This document shows positions 1-9,190 of a stretch of 64,000 bases of DNA, in pieces. Position 1 is the stretch's first letter; each line of letters begins with the position of its first letter. The translations under genes were made by a program, and so were the position numbers. The DNA comes from Candidatus Saccharimonadota bacterium (GTDB lineage: Bacteria; Patescibacteriota; Saccharimonadia; Saccharimonadales; AWTP1-31), in the NCBI GenBank assembly GCA_036826335.1, contig DAISWP010000001.1, forward strand, positions 65,272 through 129,271, given 5' to 3'. The notes beneath the pieces are model-generated. The model saw nothing but the letters and a program-made list of their open reading frames with translations. It had not been told where the DNA came from and did no database searches.

Positions 1-479
1 GCTGCAAACAAATCCTGTACAAGCAGAATACCGGTCAGGACTTTTCCATACAGTCGCGTTTGCTCTTTCTTGTCACTCAGCAACTTCAAGATGATAATAG
101 TGCTGCTAAACGCAAGACCGAGTCCTAAGAACAGCGAAGCAAGTGTGCCAAGCCCTAAAACGATACCCGCACCAAAACCAAGCAGGGTAGAGAAACCGAC
201 CTGCAGAATACCTGCTGCAGCCGATACTTTTCCGACTTCTCGTATGACTTGCGGGTTTAGGCCCAAGCCAATAATGAAAAGTAGCAATGCAATACCGATG
301 CTGGAAAATACTTCGATAGTCTCGGGGGTACGAATGACATGGAGGGCGAGAGGGCCGACGAGTACACCGGTGAGGATATGGCCAATGATAAGGGGCTGTC
401 GGAGTAAGCGCATGAGGAGTGCCATACCGGCACCGAGTGCAAGTATTAGGCTGAATTCGGCAAAAATGCTTTCGTGCAT
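1..479 (-). CDS. Cation:proton antiporter (CPA2/Kef-NhaP type), N-terminal part. The gene continues past the window start.
   Basis: Minus-strand ATG at 477-479, no stop to position 1. Translation MHESIFAEFSLILALGAGMALLMRLLRQPLIIGHILTGVLVGP... has the GHILTGVLVGP signature typical of KefB/KefC-type Na+/H+-K+/H+ exchangers and is polytopic hydrophobic. Not in the ORF track because it is open-ended. Confidence 0.6.
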   Translation of the reverse strand, partial: MHESIFAEFSLILALGAGMALLMRLLRQPLIIGHILTGVLVGPLALHVIRTPETIEVFSSIGIALLLFIIGLGLNPQVIREVGKVSAAAGILQVGFSTLLGFGAGIVLGLGTLASLFLGLGLAFSSTIIILKLLSDKKEQTRLYGKVLTGILLVQDLFA

Positions 480-690
480 GAAATGAGCGTACCCTTCTAA
501 ACTTTGTTTTTATCTTTACGCCAAGTATAGCATAAGCGTTAATTTCATCATTGACAGGCTGCTTATGCTTATGCGAGAATGTATCTATTCTTCGCGAAGT
601 GGCTTTGCTGCTTGCAGGAAAAACAAAAATAAATCAAAACAGCGTAAATTTGTGAGATGGTTTGCCTGTTTGTTGTTTGGGAGGAGAGAG

Positions 691-780
691 ATGTCAATCA
701 AAATAAAAACAATATCAAGGGGGTATAAAGTGGAAGTAAGAATCAAGCGGCCTACGTGGCAGCAGTACCTACACTACTAA
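691..780 (+). CDS. Small basic ORF, 29 aa (MSIKIKTISRGYKVEVRIKRPTWQQYLHY)
   Basis: Strong SD GGAGGAGAGAG ends directly before the ATG at 691. A TTGACA box lies at 551-556. The ORF is followed by an intrinsic terminator at 803-832. Confidence 0.3.
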   Translation: MSIKIKTISRGYKVEVRIKRPTWQQYLHY

Positions 781-802
781 AGTCCGTTGTTACAATGCGT
801 TT

Positions 803-832
803 GGCGACTCCCTATGGAGTCGCTTTTTTGTT
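803..832 (+). terminator. Rho-independent terminator (GGCGACTCC-ctat-GGAGTCGC + TTTTTTG)
   Basis: Perfect 8-bp GC-rich hairpin followed by a T-run on the plus strand. Confidence 0.5.
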
Positions 833-1475
833 ATTTCTTTGTAGCGTTCTTTATGGCTTCGTCGATAACTTTACTAAAACCGTCTAAATCGCGAACCGAG
901 GCATCAAGCTTTTTGCCTTGCAAGAAGAAGCTGGGGGTTGAATCTACACCAAGCTTCTGGCCTTCGGCAAAGTCGGCGTTAATGGTTTCGTTGACGGCAC
1001 TACTAGCGTAATCCTGCTGAAATTTTGCTTTGTCCAAACCAAGTTGCTCTGCATAGCTTTCAAACACTGCTTTTGGATCACCGACAGACTCCCAGCTTTG
1101 CTGCTGTTCGTAAAGTGCATCGTGCATCTCCCAATACTTGCCTTGCTTGTCGGCTGCCTCAGCAGCACGGGCAGCAGCACGGGCGTTCTGGTGTATTTGA
1201 CTGAGAGGGAAATTACGGAATTGAAACGAGATATCGTCCTGATATTTGGCAATAACTTGTTTTATGATTGTGTGATAAGCGCCACAGGCAGGACATTGAA
1301 AATCGCCATACTCGACGAGTGTTACGCCCTTTGCATTCTTCCCAGTGGTATGGTTACTGAGCGTTGATCCATTGCCACCGCTATTACTTTGGGTGCTTTT
1401 ATCTCGTGTGAACCAGAAAACACCACCAAGCGCCACGACGCACGCCACTAAAATTGCTGCAAATCGTTTATCCAT
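831..1475 (-). CDS. DsbA-family thiol:disulfide oxidoreductase, membrane-anchored
   Basis: CPAC (CxxC) active site in ...GDFQCPACGAYH... N-terminal TM helix. Start chosen at MDKRF (minus ATG at 1473-1475) with AAGGAG upstream. The track ORF begins 9 codons earlier. Confidence 0.7.
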   Translation of the reverse strand: MDKRFAAILVACVVALGGVFWFTRDKSTQSNSGGNGSTLSNHTTGKNAKGVTLVEYGDFQCPACGAYHTIIKQVIAKYQDDISFQFRNFPLSQIHQNARAAARAAEAADKQGKYWEMHDALYEQQQSWESVGDPKAVFESYAEQLGLDKAKFQQDYASSAVNETINADFAEGQKLGVDSTPSFFLQGKKLDASVRDLDGFSKVIDEAIKNATKK

Positions 1476-1549
1476 AAAATTTCTACTCCTTTTGTGTATC
1501 AATAGCGTACCATATTTGCCTCAAGCGTCTCTGTACTATCGACATACGA

Positions 1550-2626
1550 ATGTGTACTCTATGTACAGACATGTTTCATTTTATAAGCATTCTTATATTG
1601 GCTGGCATTACTGTGCTGGCAGTCTCTTTGCAGAAGACGTACAGTAGCGTACCAGTAAAGGAGCTAAAACGACGTGCTCGCGGAGGTGATGAAGTGGCGG
1701 CGTTGCTATTTCGTGTGGTTGGCTATGGCATCAGCCTTCAGTTGTTGCTCTGGCTTATTGTCGCGCTCAGTACCACAGGCTTTTTGTTGGTGACCGCTCG
1801 CTCATTGCCTGGTTGGCTGGCATTCATTGGCTCATTCATCTTGTTGTGGGTGGCTTTCGCTTGGTTGCCACAGAGCCGCGTAACAGCAACGGGTGAGTGG
1901 CTTGCAGCGAAGGCTACACCAGTTTTGGATTGGTTGCTTGGCAAGCTACACCCAGTACTAGATAGAGCTGCTCACTTTATACGAACTTCCGGTCACCTAC
2001 ACATTCATACCGGCCTGTATCAGAAAGAAGACTTGCTAGAGCTACTTGAACGACAAAATGGACAGCTGGACAGCCGCATTTCATTAGATGAGTTAGCGCT
2101 TGCCCGCCATGCTTTGGTGTTCGAAGATAAAGTTGTTCGCGACATTATGACGCCACGTCGTGTAGTGAAGATGGTGGACAAGAAAGAATCGGTTGGCCCA
2201 CTTCTACTGGACGAACTACATAAGAGCGGTTTTTCGCGCTTTCCTGTGTTTGAAACCAAACAAGACAATGTGGTGGGGACGTTATACCTACGAACATTGG
2301 TAGAGAAGAAGTCGACCGGTAGCGTCGGCGATGTCATGAGCAAGCGCGTCTATTATGTAAACGAAGATCAACCACTTGGCCACGTGTTAAAAGCATTTTT
2401 GAAAACCAAACACCACTTGTTTATTGTGGTAAACAAATTCGAAGAGATAAGTGGCGTGGTCACCATAGAAGATATCCTGGAACAGCTTATCGGTCGTAAA
2501 ATAGTGGATGAGTTTGACAAATACGACGACCTACGAGAAGTAGCAGCACTGCAGGCTAAAAAAGAACAAAAGAACCACCCCAAGCCTGCCGAAGAAGAAG
2601 CAGACCTCGCAGAACCGCCAAAGTAG
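1550..2626 (+). CDS. CNNM/CorC/HlyC-family transporter-associated protein (DUF21 TM domain + CBS pair)
   Basis: N-terminal multi-TM DUF21-like region followed by two CBS-like segments (...RDIMTPRRVVKMVD... and ...KRVYYVNEDQPLGHVLKAFLKTKHHLFIVVNKFEEISGVVTIEDILEQLIG...). The true start may be the internal Met at 1571. Confidence 0.7.
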   Translation: MCTLCTDMFHFISILILAGITVLAVSLQKTYSSVPVKELKRRARGGDEVAALLFRVVGYGISLQLLLWLIVALSTTGFLLVTARSLPGWLAFIGSFILLWVAFAWLPQSRVTATGEWLAAKATPVLDWLLGKLHPVLDRAAHFIRTSGHLHIHTGLYQKEDLLELLERQNGQLDSRISLDELALARHALVFEDKVVRDIMTPRRVVKMVDKKESVGPLLLDELHKSGFSRFPVFETKQDNVVGTLYLRTLVEKKSTGSVGDVMSKRVYYVNEDQPLGHVLKAFLKTKHHLFIVVNKFEEISGVVTIEDILEQLIGRKIVDEFDKYDDLREVAALQAKKEQKNHPKPAEEEADLAEPPK

Positions 2627-2765
2627 TGTATAATTTGACCGATGTTCCGGCGTAATAATAATGCAAATAGAAATTCTCGGGTCGGCAGTAGCCTTGACCT
2701 GGTGACTGCTATTGCATAGCCGACCCTCCCAAAAGCCAGATTAATCAGATACACTAGGAGTTGAT

Positions 2766-4088
2766 ATGAGAACATTAGCCAAAGACGTGGCAAGTCATGC
2801 AGATTCGTCTGTGACAATACAAGGGTGGTTACATAAAAAGCGTTTGCTGGGCGGGCTGAACTTTATTAATGTTCGTGATCGCACCGGGCTTACACAGGTC
2901 CTTGTTGAAAAGGGTGATGAAGTTGAGAAATTGCGTGGTTTGCAAATCGGGACTGTGCTGACCATAACAGGTACCGTTTTTGCAGATGAGCGCGCACCTG
3001 GTGGGGCAGAGTTGCATGATCCTGAAATAACGGTGGATGTACCCGTAACCGATGAGCCGCCAATCGAAATAGATAAGCCGCTAAGTCATAAGAGCGAAAA
3101 CCTCGACACACTGCTCGATAACCGCCCGATTGGCTTGCGCAACTTGCAAGAAACGGCCATATTCAGAGTTCAGGCTGCTGTCTGTGAGGCATTTCGCAAC
3201 TTCTTTAAGCAAAACGAATTTACCGAGATACACTCCCCAAAGCTACTAGCCGAAGCTACCGAAGGCGGAGCCGAGGTATTCCAGCTCGATTATTTTGGCA
3301 AGACTGCTACATTGGCTCAGAGCCCGCAGTTCTACAAGCAGATGATGGTTGGTGTTTTTGAGCGGGTGTACGAGATTGCATCGGTGTACAGAGCAGAGCC
3401 AAGCGCAACTACTCGGCACATGACGGAATACATTAGTGTAGATGCCGAGATTGGCTTTATGTCATTCGAGGAACTCTTGAACGTAGCGGGGAGCTGTTTG
3501 ATCTCGGTCGTTCAGGAAGTTAAGAAAAACTGTGCCGCAGAACTAAAGATGTGGAACCAACAGAACATTGCACTGCCTGAAAACGCAGAAGATATACCCA
3601 GACTAACCATCCACGAGATACACAAGATGTTTCTGAAGGCGACAAAAGAAGACCACACGGGCGAAGACGATCTAGCTCCTGCCGAAGAAAAATGGGTTTG
3701 TGAATGGGCTAAAAAAAACAAGAACAGTGAGGCAGTACTGGTGATTGGTTGGCCCGCAAAGAGTAAAACATTCAAGTTTTACCACCGTGCCAACAAGGAA
3801 AACCCCGAGATCGCCGATCGAGCAGACTTACTATTTCGTGGAGTAGAGATAACGACATTGAGCATGCGTGAGAACCGATACGACCAGCTGATCAAGCAGC
3901 TTGAGGCATCGGGCGGAAGCGCAGATAACCCCGGGTATGCACCACTTCTCAGTGCCTATAAATACGGTATGCCACCACATGGTGGTTGGGGTTGGGGTCT
4001 AGAGCGAACCGTCGAGAAGATTCTTGGCTTTAACAACGTTAAAGAAGCCACGTTGTTCCCTCGCGACATCAACCGGCTTGCACCGTAG
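2766..4088 (+). CDS. aspS: Aspartyl/asparaginyl-tRNA synthetase, class IIb (archaeal/type-2 AspRS-like)
   Basis: GGAG SD. Class II motifs: FQLDYFGKTATLAQSPQFYKQ (motif 1-2 region), VYRAEPSATTRHMTEYISVDAE, and the C-terminal GGWGWGLERTV (motif 3). 440 aa. Confidence 0.8.
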   Translation: MRTLAKDVASHADSSVTIQGWLHKKRLLGGLNFINVRDRTGLTQVLVEKGDEVEKLRGLQIGTVLTITGTVFADERAPGGAELHDPEITVDVPVTDEPPIEIDKPLSHKSENLDTLLDNRPIGLRNLQETAIFRVQAAVCEAFRNFFKQNEFTEIHSPKLLAEATEGGAEVFQLDYFGKTATLAQSPQFYKQMMVGVFERVYEIASVYRAEPSATTRHMTEYISVDAEIGFMSFEELLNVAGSCLISVVQEVKKNCAAELKMWNQQNIALPENAEDIPRLTIHEIHKMFLKATKEDHTGEDDLAPAEEKWVCEWAKKNKNSEAVLVIGWPAKSKTFKFYHRANKENPEIADRADLLFRGVEITTLSMRENRYDQLIKQLEASGGSADNPGYAPLLSAYKYGMPPHGGWGWGLERTVEKILGFNNVKEATLFPRDINRLAP

Positions 4089-4100
4089 TAAGTGTTGAAT

Positions 4101-4469
4101 CTAGCTTAATTTCTTTGCTTGTTCTTCACGCTCTTGCAACGCAAGCGTGCGGCTACGAATATAGCTTGAACCAATAATTCCAAGTGATGCTACGGCAACC
4201 GAGGCGCCGACTAATATATAGATCGCCGTCACCACACGGCTGAAGTCGGTCGAAGGTGTTAAGTCGCCATAGCCAACGGTTGCCATGGTTGCCACCGAAA
4301 AGTAGAAGCTTTGGGCCCAAGTCCAGTTCTCTATTGCATGAAATACTAGCGTCCCAGCGATCAACAGAATACTTACCGAGCTTATAGCCGCACCGACTTG
4401 CCGTCGAAGCTGTTGGCGCATTTTGTCTTGTAGCGCACCTATTTTCTGGTCAAGTTGATCTATAGCCAT
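4101..4469 (-). CDS. Minimal two-TM K+ channel (KcsA-like pore-only channel)
   Basis: Canonical selectivity filter TVGYGD in ...FYFSVATMATVGYGDLTP..., flanked by two hydrophobic helices. 122 aa. Confidence 0.7.
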   Translation of the reverse strand: MAIDQLDQKIGALQDKMRQQLRRQVGAAISSVSILLIAGTLVFHAIENWTWAQSFYFSVATMATVGYGDLTPSTDFSRVVTAIYILVGASVAVASLGIIGSSYIRSRTLALQEREEQAKKLS

Positions 4470-4564
4470 ATAAACAGTGTAGCAAAGAAAAAATGCAAGA
4501 CTGTGAATGTATATTGACTAATTTACAAATAAATGCTAATATTACCAACCGAAAAAGGAGTTTC

Positions 4565-7000
4565 ATGTCAGACGCAGCTATACAGGCACCCGTGCCACCA
4601 CAAAAGTTACCAGAGCCAATCCGTGTTGATTCAGGGGAGCTTGTAGAGAGAGTCTATCAGGATGGATACGTAGGCCCCGATTACCCAACAAAAGTTGGTC
4701 ACGAACAATATCTTAAAGATAGGGCAGCAGGCAAACCCTCACTTCTATTGCCTGGTGGCTGGCAGCGCGTACCAGAAGCAGTGCCCGCAAAACGACATAT
4801 GTTTTTAGGCTGGTCTGAAGGAAGCATTGAGCTCAATGGCAAAGCAACGGCGACTTTAACACTTGCCGCAACACTTCTTGTGAACAGCTTGCTGGAAACA
4901 AGTACAGACAATAGATTTATTCCAACCCCTGCTGAGGTGCATGTCGGAAAACCAAATGGTGACCACGAAACAAACATTGTTGCGCTTGGTGAAGACCTTA
5001 TTGAAGAAATACAGGGGCCAAAGGACGCGGTACAAGACTGGCTACACTGGGATGGCGATAAGGTTACCTACACAACGAAACACGGCACAAAAAGACATAC
5101 CGAAACATGGCCCAACACCAACCACAAAGACCCCATTACTAAGGAAGAACAACTGCGAGAACGATCTGGCGAGACCGATCCAGACGCTGCCGAAGTAAGA
5201 CGCCTCGCCGAAGAGATAAAAGTAACCATTGATAATGGCTACGAATTAACGGGCGTAAAGGTCTATGGCAGCTCTTCAGACGAGCTGCGTGATCCTGCCT
5301 CTTTGGGTCGCCCAGATAAGAGAAACGAAGATTACGCTGCAGAGCGTGCTGCTAAATATGTGGCCGCCTTATCGCACGATACAGCCGAACTAGATGTGGA
5401 CATGCCAAAAATTGACGTAAAATCTGGCGAAACGGTTCTTTCGGGAGCAAGTGTGCAAGAGCTTAGTGACACCATACAGCACTTTGGCTATCGCGATTTT
5501 AACGACGTGGTGGCACGTTATAACCGTGGCGAATCATTGCCGCCAGCACTGCAGACATTAATGGACAAAGAGATTGGTGCCACCAGAGGCGTAACTACGA
5601 GCCTAACGTTTGAAGACCCGAGTGGGGAGACGATGACGGTTATAGTGACAACGCCAACCAAGACTCGTGTTAAACACGTCGAGCACACATCAGATGATGG
5701 TGAGCCAAACGACGGCACACACCAGTACCCACTTATCCCGATCATCCCAGTGCCTGTTGTGCGTGACCTGCAAATTCCAAAGCCAAACTTCACGACCGTT
5801 GATACGGTAAAAATAAAGAAGCGATGGCGCAAGAACGATGACATTCGCGTAGAAAACAATGTTTGGCTAGAGCTCTACCCTGAAGCACTTAATGAAGATG
5901 ATCAGCTCGATCGAAACGCATGGGCAATGACAAGAAAATACCAAGTCCTTATGCGCGAAGATCGAATCCATGGTGTCCAAGGATTTACCTACGAAGACGC
6001 ACAGGGCAAAGAACAAATATTGCGTGCAATGTTTGTAGACCATACTCCAGATATACAAACAGCTCGAGCGATTGGTCTGTTACTGCAGGACATTAGCCAA
6101 ATGGAAGGCGGCAAAGTAGCAGAGCGCTTAGGCATGATCGCCATCTTTCCATCCGAAAACACTGGCAAGAAAAAACCAAACGTGATTGGTCTTGGCATAG
6201 ACGAGCAATATGATTCTGGAATCCTAGGCGTCGCTATGCCGGCCATGGGCCTTGTAGAGGTGCATATGCCAACCGATCCATCGGGCGAGGACCTTGAGGA
6301 GCACCTTAGTAATGTAATGGGTGTACGCTGGACAATTGCTCACGAAGTAGCCGGTCACTTCACAGATGTTAAGCACAGACCAGCGCAGCTTAAAAAAGTT
6401 AGGGGCAAGAGCAACGACTATGTAACGGTGAATCCATGGGAAAACGCCGGTGTAAAAGGTTATGTCCGAAGCAAAGCAAAAGGCCTTAACCCCAAACGAT
6501 GGATTGTACGTCGCAAAGTCGAGGACCGGGAAGGCGTATCGCATGAAACAGTTGATACTGTAGAAGACGGTGACGCTAGACTACAAGAGGCTCTGAGCGT
6601 ACAGAAGCTTGGGCACCCAACGAGGTATGGTGCAACAAGTGCTGCCGAGAGTTGGGCTGAGGCTGCTGCACAGCTAACATCTGGGATACTTGTTCCAGGG
6701 ACAGAATTTGGTCAAACACTAGGTAGTGCTGAGGGGCAGTATGCAACAGGTTACTCGGTTGACCCAGATTTACGCGATGACTTCATAGAGCATGTATATA
6801 CCGATCCGGCAACAAAAGAGAAAGTAACATTTCCGCTCGATACCCCAGAGCACTGGGTGCATGTAATTGAGAATGTAAAGAATCATCAGGTCGTTAGTGA
6901 AGATCCAGAGCTGCATGCAATCTTTGAACATGCTCGAACAACACCTCTTCCCAAAAAGCTCATCCGAATCCTGACCCAAGTTACAAACCGAAAATCATAG
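4565..7000 (+). CDS. Large orphan protein (811 aa), no recognisable domain
   Basis: AAAAGGAG SD sits 5 nt upstream of the ATG at 4565. The track ORF starts upstream at 4493. No signal peptide or TM segment. Charged, Asp/Glu/Lys-rich. Contains HEVAGH (HExxxH), not a canonical HExxH. Confidence 0.6.
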   Translation: MSDAAIQAPVPPQKLPEPIRVDSGELVERVYQDGYVGPDYPTKVGHEQYLKDRAAGKPSLLLPGGWQRVPEAVPAKRHMFLGWSEGSIELNGKATATLTLAATLLVNSLLETSTDNRFIPTPAEVHVGKPNGDHETNIVALGEDLIEEIQGPKDAVQDWLHWDGDKVTYTTKHGTKRHTETWPNTNHKDPITKEEQLRERSGETDPDAAEVRRLAEEIKVTIDNGYELTGVKVYGSSSDELRDPASLGRPDKRNEDYAAERAAKYVAALSHDTAELDVDMPKIDVKSGETVLSGASVQELSDTIQHFGYRDFNDVVARYNRGESLPPALQTLMDKEIGATRGVTTSLTFEDPSGETMTVIVTTPTKTRVKHVEHTSDDGEPNDGTHQYPLIPIIPVPVVRDLQIPKPNFTTVDTVKIKKRWRKNDDIRVENNVWLELYPEALNEDDQLDRNAWAMTRKYQVLMREDRIHGVQGFTYEDAQGKEQILRAMFVDHTPDIQTARAIGLLLQDISQMEGGKVAERLGMIAIFPSENTGKKKPNVIGLGIDEQYDSGILGVAMPAMGLVEVHMPTDPSGEDLEEHLSNVMGVRWTIAHEVAGHFTDVKHRPAQLKKVRGKSNDYVTVNPWENAGVKGYVRSKAKGLNPKRWIVRRKVEDREGVSHETVDTVEDGDARLQEALSVQKLGHPTRYGATSAAESWAEAAAQLTSGILVPGTEFGQTLGSAEGQYATGYSVDPDLRDDFIEHVYTDPATKEKVTFPLDTPEHWVHVIENVKNHQVVSEDPELHAIFEHARTTPLPKKLIRILTQVTNRKS

Positions 7001-7064
7001 AGCAGCAAACATTAGCAGCATGGTTTATAATGCTAGTTAATATGTAACGTGTTGGGGTGGGGCT

Positions 7065-7922
7065 ATGAAAAAACTTAATCAATCGGGTTCGCACCTATTA
7101 GCAATGGCTGTTGCCATAGTTGTTTTCTGCGCAGTTGGCTTCGTCGGGTGGCGTGTGGTGGGGAGCAACAAGAAAGATGATGTAAAGTCAGTCAACGACG
7201 GTAGCTCGCAAAAAGCAGACAATACGAAAGAAGACGATAATACGCCGGTAACCTGGTCTTGGAGCGGTTCAAAATGGTCGGCATCAGGTACGCCAGCAGC
7301 CTGCAAAGACCCCGTAAAGTTTGCCAATACTCCATCAGATCTTTCTAGCGCAGCAGGGGTCTTGTACCCGGGCCAAACAAGAGGTGGCAACTATAAGCCG
7401 CACGGCGGCTTTCACTATAGCCTGAGTAGCAACAACCTGGAGGTAAGGGCGGTAATGGATGGCTCTGTTACGAGTGGCAGCCGTTACATAGAAGGGGGTG
7501 AGGTTCAGTACTTATTCACGATCGTGAATGGTTGTGGTATTGCGTATCGATTCGACCATCTCCTTACCCTATCGCCCGCATTCGAGAAGCTTGCAAACTC
7601 ACTGCCAGGGCCAAAAGTAGACGACTCACGAACAACAAATTTTGATAAACCACTGCAGGTAAAAGCTGGAGATGTGGTAGCCACTGCAATAGGCTTTAAG
7701 AAAACAGCCAACTATGGCTATGATTTTGGTGTGTACGATTATCGCAAACAGAATGCAGCAGCCAGCGATGCAGGCTATGTAGCAAAGCATCAAAACTGGT
7801 TAAGCCAGGCCGCTTATGCGCTTTGTTGGCTGGATATGTTTAGTGCCACTGACTCAGCAAAGATTAAGAACTTACCTGCTGTGGATATGACAGCCGGCAA
7901 AACCAGTGATTACTGTAAATAG
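7065..7922 (+). CDS. Membrane-anchored LytM/M23-like (degenerate) domain protein
   Basis: N-terminal TM anchor. C-terminal segment ...RAVMDGSV...YRFDHLLTLS...VKAGDVVATAIG... resembles the M23 beta-barrel core. Paralog of the protein at 30113-30892. Confidence 0.5.
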   Translation: MKKLNQSGSHLLAMAVAIVVFCAVGFVGWRVVGSNKKDDVKSVNDGSSQKADNTKEDDNTPVTWSWSGSKWSASGTPAACKDPVKFANTPSDLSSAAGVLYPGQTRGGNYKPHGGFHYSLSSNNLEVRAVMDGSVTSGSRYIEGGEVQYLFTIVNGCGIAYRFDHLLTLSPAFEKLANSLPGPKVDDSRTTNFDKPLQVKAGDVVATAIGFKKTANYGYDFGVYDYRKQNAAASDAGYVAKHQNWLSQAAYALCWLDMFSATDSAKIKNLPAVDMTAGKTSDYCK

Positions 7923-8185
7923 TGGTGACACGAAAGACTCTCTGGGATGCATTCGTCAAAGACAAGAGCGGTCGTGTAGTTATCTTACAGACGCCAAACT
8001 TACCCCTGATCATTTGGTTTGTTGGCGCGCTGCTCGCAAAAGTCATTGGGGGCTCTGTATTTAGCACACTGGCCTTTTGCTCGCTACTCCTATGGGCATC
8101 TTTAGAGATTGGCTGGGGGGACAGCTACTTTCGGCGCGTACTGGGCTTAGTCGTATTGGCTGTTATTATAGTAAATAGAATATGA
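7922..8185 (+). CDS. Small membrane protein (87 aa)
   Basis: GTG start overlapping the previous stop (TAGTG). Two predicted hydrophobic helices. Confidence 0.35.
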   Translation: MVTRKTLWDAFVKDKSGRVVILQTPNLPLIIWFVGALLAKVIGGSVFSTLAFCSLLLWASLEIGWGDSYFRRVLGLVVLAVIIVNRI

Positions 8186-8448
8186 GCCAAATAATAATCG
8201 ATGTTCGAGAACCAGAAGAATACGCCGCAAGTCACGTGGCGCAAGCGATTAATATTCCCCCATCAGATTTAATGCAGGGGGCACCACAACTAAAAGACGT
8301 AGCAAAAGACACCAAGCTTGTTGTGTATTGTCGAACCGGCAGTCGGTCCAACGTTGCGATGCAAATCCTGCAACAACTTGGTTTTACTAATCTTGTGAAT
8401 GGCATTAACCAACAACAAGTTGAGGCTCGTTACACCACCGACACGTAG
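8182..8448 (+). CDS. Single-domain rhodanese (sulfurtransferase)
   Basis: Active-site loop VVYCRTGSRSN. ATGA start/stop overlap with the upstream gene. Confidence 0.7.
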   Translation: MSQIIIDVREPEEYAASHVAQAINIPPSDLMQGAPQLKDVAKDTKLVVYCRTGSRSNVAMQILQQLGFTNLVNGINQQQVEARYTTDT

Positions 8449-8487
8449 ACGGAAGTTGTATACTATAGGTATAAGAGGAGGCGTGCT

Positions 8488-9129
8488 ATGAATAAACGAT
8501 TAGTGCCGATTGCTATTGCAGTATTGGTTGTTAGTGGGGGCGTAGGCTTTGCGCTAACAAGGGGTGACAAAGATTCAAAGCCGAATGCGTCCTCGACTTC
8601 TAAGCCGACCAGCGCCTTTGACGTAGTTTCTACCAAGGGTGTGTCGTTTGTAGCCACAATAGAGGTGAGCTCTGGCAACACAACAATTTCGTCAAAGATG
8701 GAGTCAGACGCAAAAACAGGAGCTATTCGCTATGTGAGTTCCGCCGGAGGCCAGAGTGTGAATTTTATCTACACGAGTGATGCATATTATATGTGCCAAA
8801 GTAGCGACACTTGCTACAAATATCCATTGGGGCAAGGGAACGGTGCTAGCTTTGATCCAAAGACATACGAGTATAGCGATGCCAAGATTGCTGAGTACCG
8901 AGCAGGCTCTAGTTATGATGGCAAGAAATCCTGCAGCACAGGAACGTGTGATGTATGGAAGATCAAGAGCGGCGAAAATGAGTCAGTTGTGTATGTTGAT
9001 ACGAAGACAAAACGGGTTGTTCAGATGGAGGGCACTTCGGCTGCGGGATTGATGAAGATAACGTATGACTACCGAGACGATATCAGCGTGACGATTCCGA
9101 CCAACGTTCAGACGTTGCCTTCACTTTAG
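8488..9129 (+). CDS. Secreted or lipoprotein-like hypothetical protein (213 aa), Ser/Thr-rich linker
   Basis: AAGAGGAGG SD. N-terminal signal/TM segment VPIAIAVLVVSGGVGFAL. Confidence 0.5.
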   Translation: MNKRLVPIAIAVLVVSGGVGFALTRGDKDSKPNASSTSKPTSAFDVVSTKGVSFVATIEVSSGNTTISSKMESDAKTGAIRYVSSAGGQSVNFIYTSDAYYMCQSSDTCYKYPLGQGNGASFDPKTYEYSDAKIAEYRAGSSYDGKKSCSTGTCDVWKIKSGENESVVYVDTKTKRVVQMEGTSAAGLMKITYDYRDDISVTIPTNVQTLPSL

Positions 9130-9190
9130 TGAGTGGTGTAGCTGTAGTCTGCTACAATAGCATAAGAAGTTAAAAGATAGGAATGTCTTG

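Noticed and set aside
70-486. Plus-strand ORF of 138 aa (and the 61-aa minus ORF at 257-442) at the window start
   Set aside because: Arg/Pro-rich, non-protein-like translation. Lies antisense to a convincing CPA2/Kef antiporter N-terminus on the minus strand (GHILTGVLVGP).

Treated as a shadow ORF.
2670-2740. Long hairpin in the aspS leader whose minus-strand reading (..CACCAGGUCAAGGCUACUGC..) resembles SRP RNA domain IV, or alternatively a T-box or leader element
   Set aside because: Lacks the GGAA/GNRA tetraloop and the AGCAGC symmetric-loop context of 4.5S RNA. Too short (about 140-nt intergenic) for a T-box.

Could still be an attenuator or small RNA, but I cannot support a specific call without covariance-model scoring.
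6290-6360. HEVAGH in the 811-aa protein as a zinc-metalloprotease active site
   Set aside because: Spacing is HExxxH, not HExxH. No third-ligand context recognisable.

Not enough to call a peptidase.
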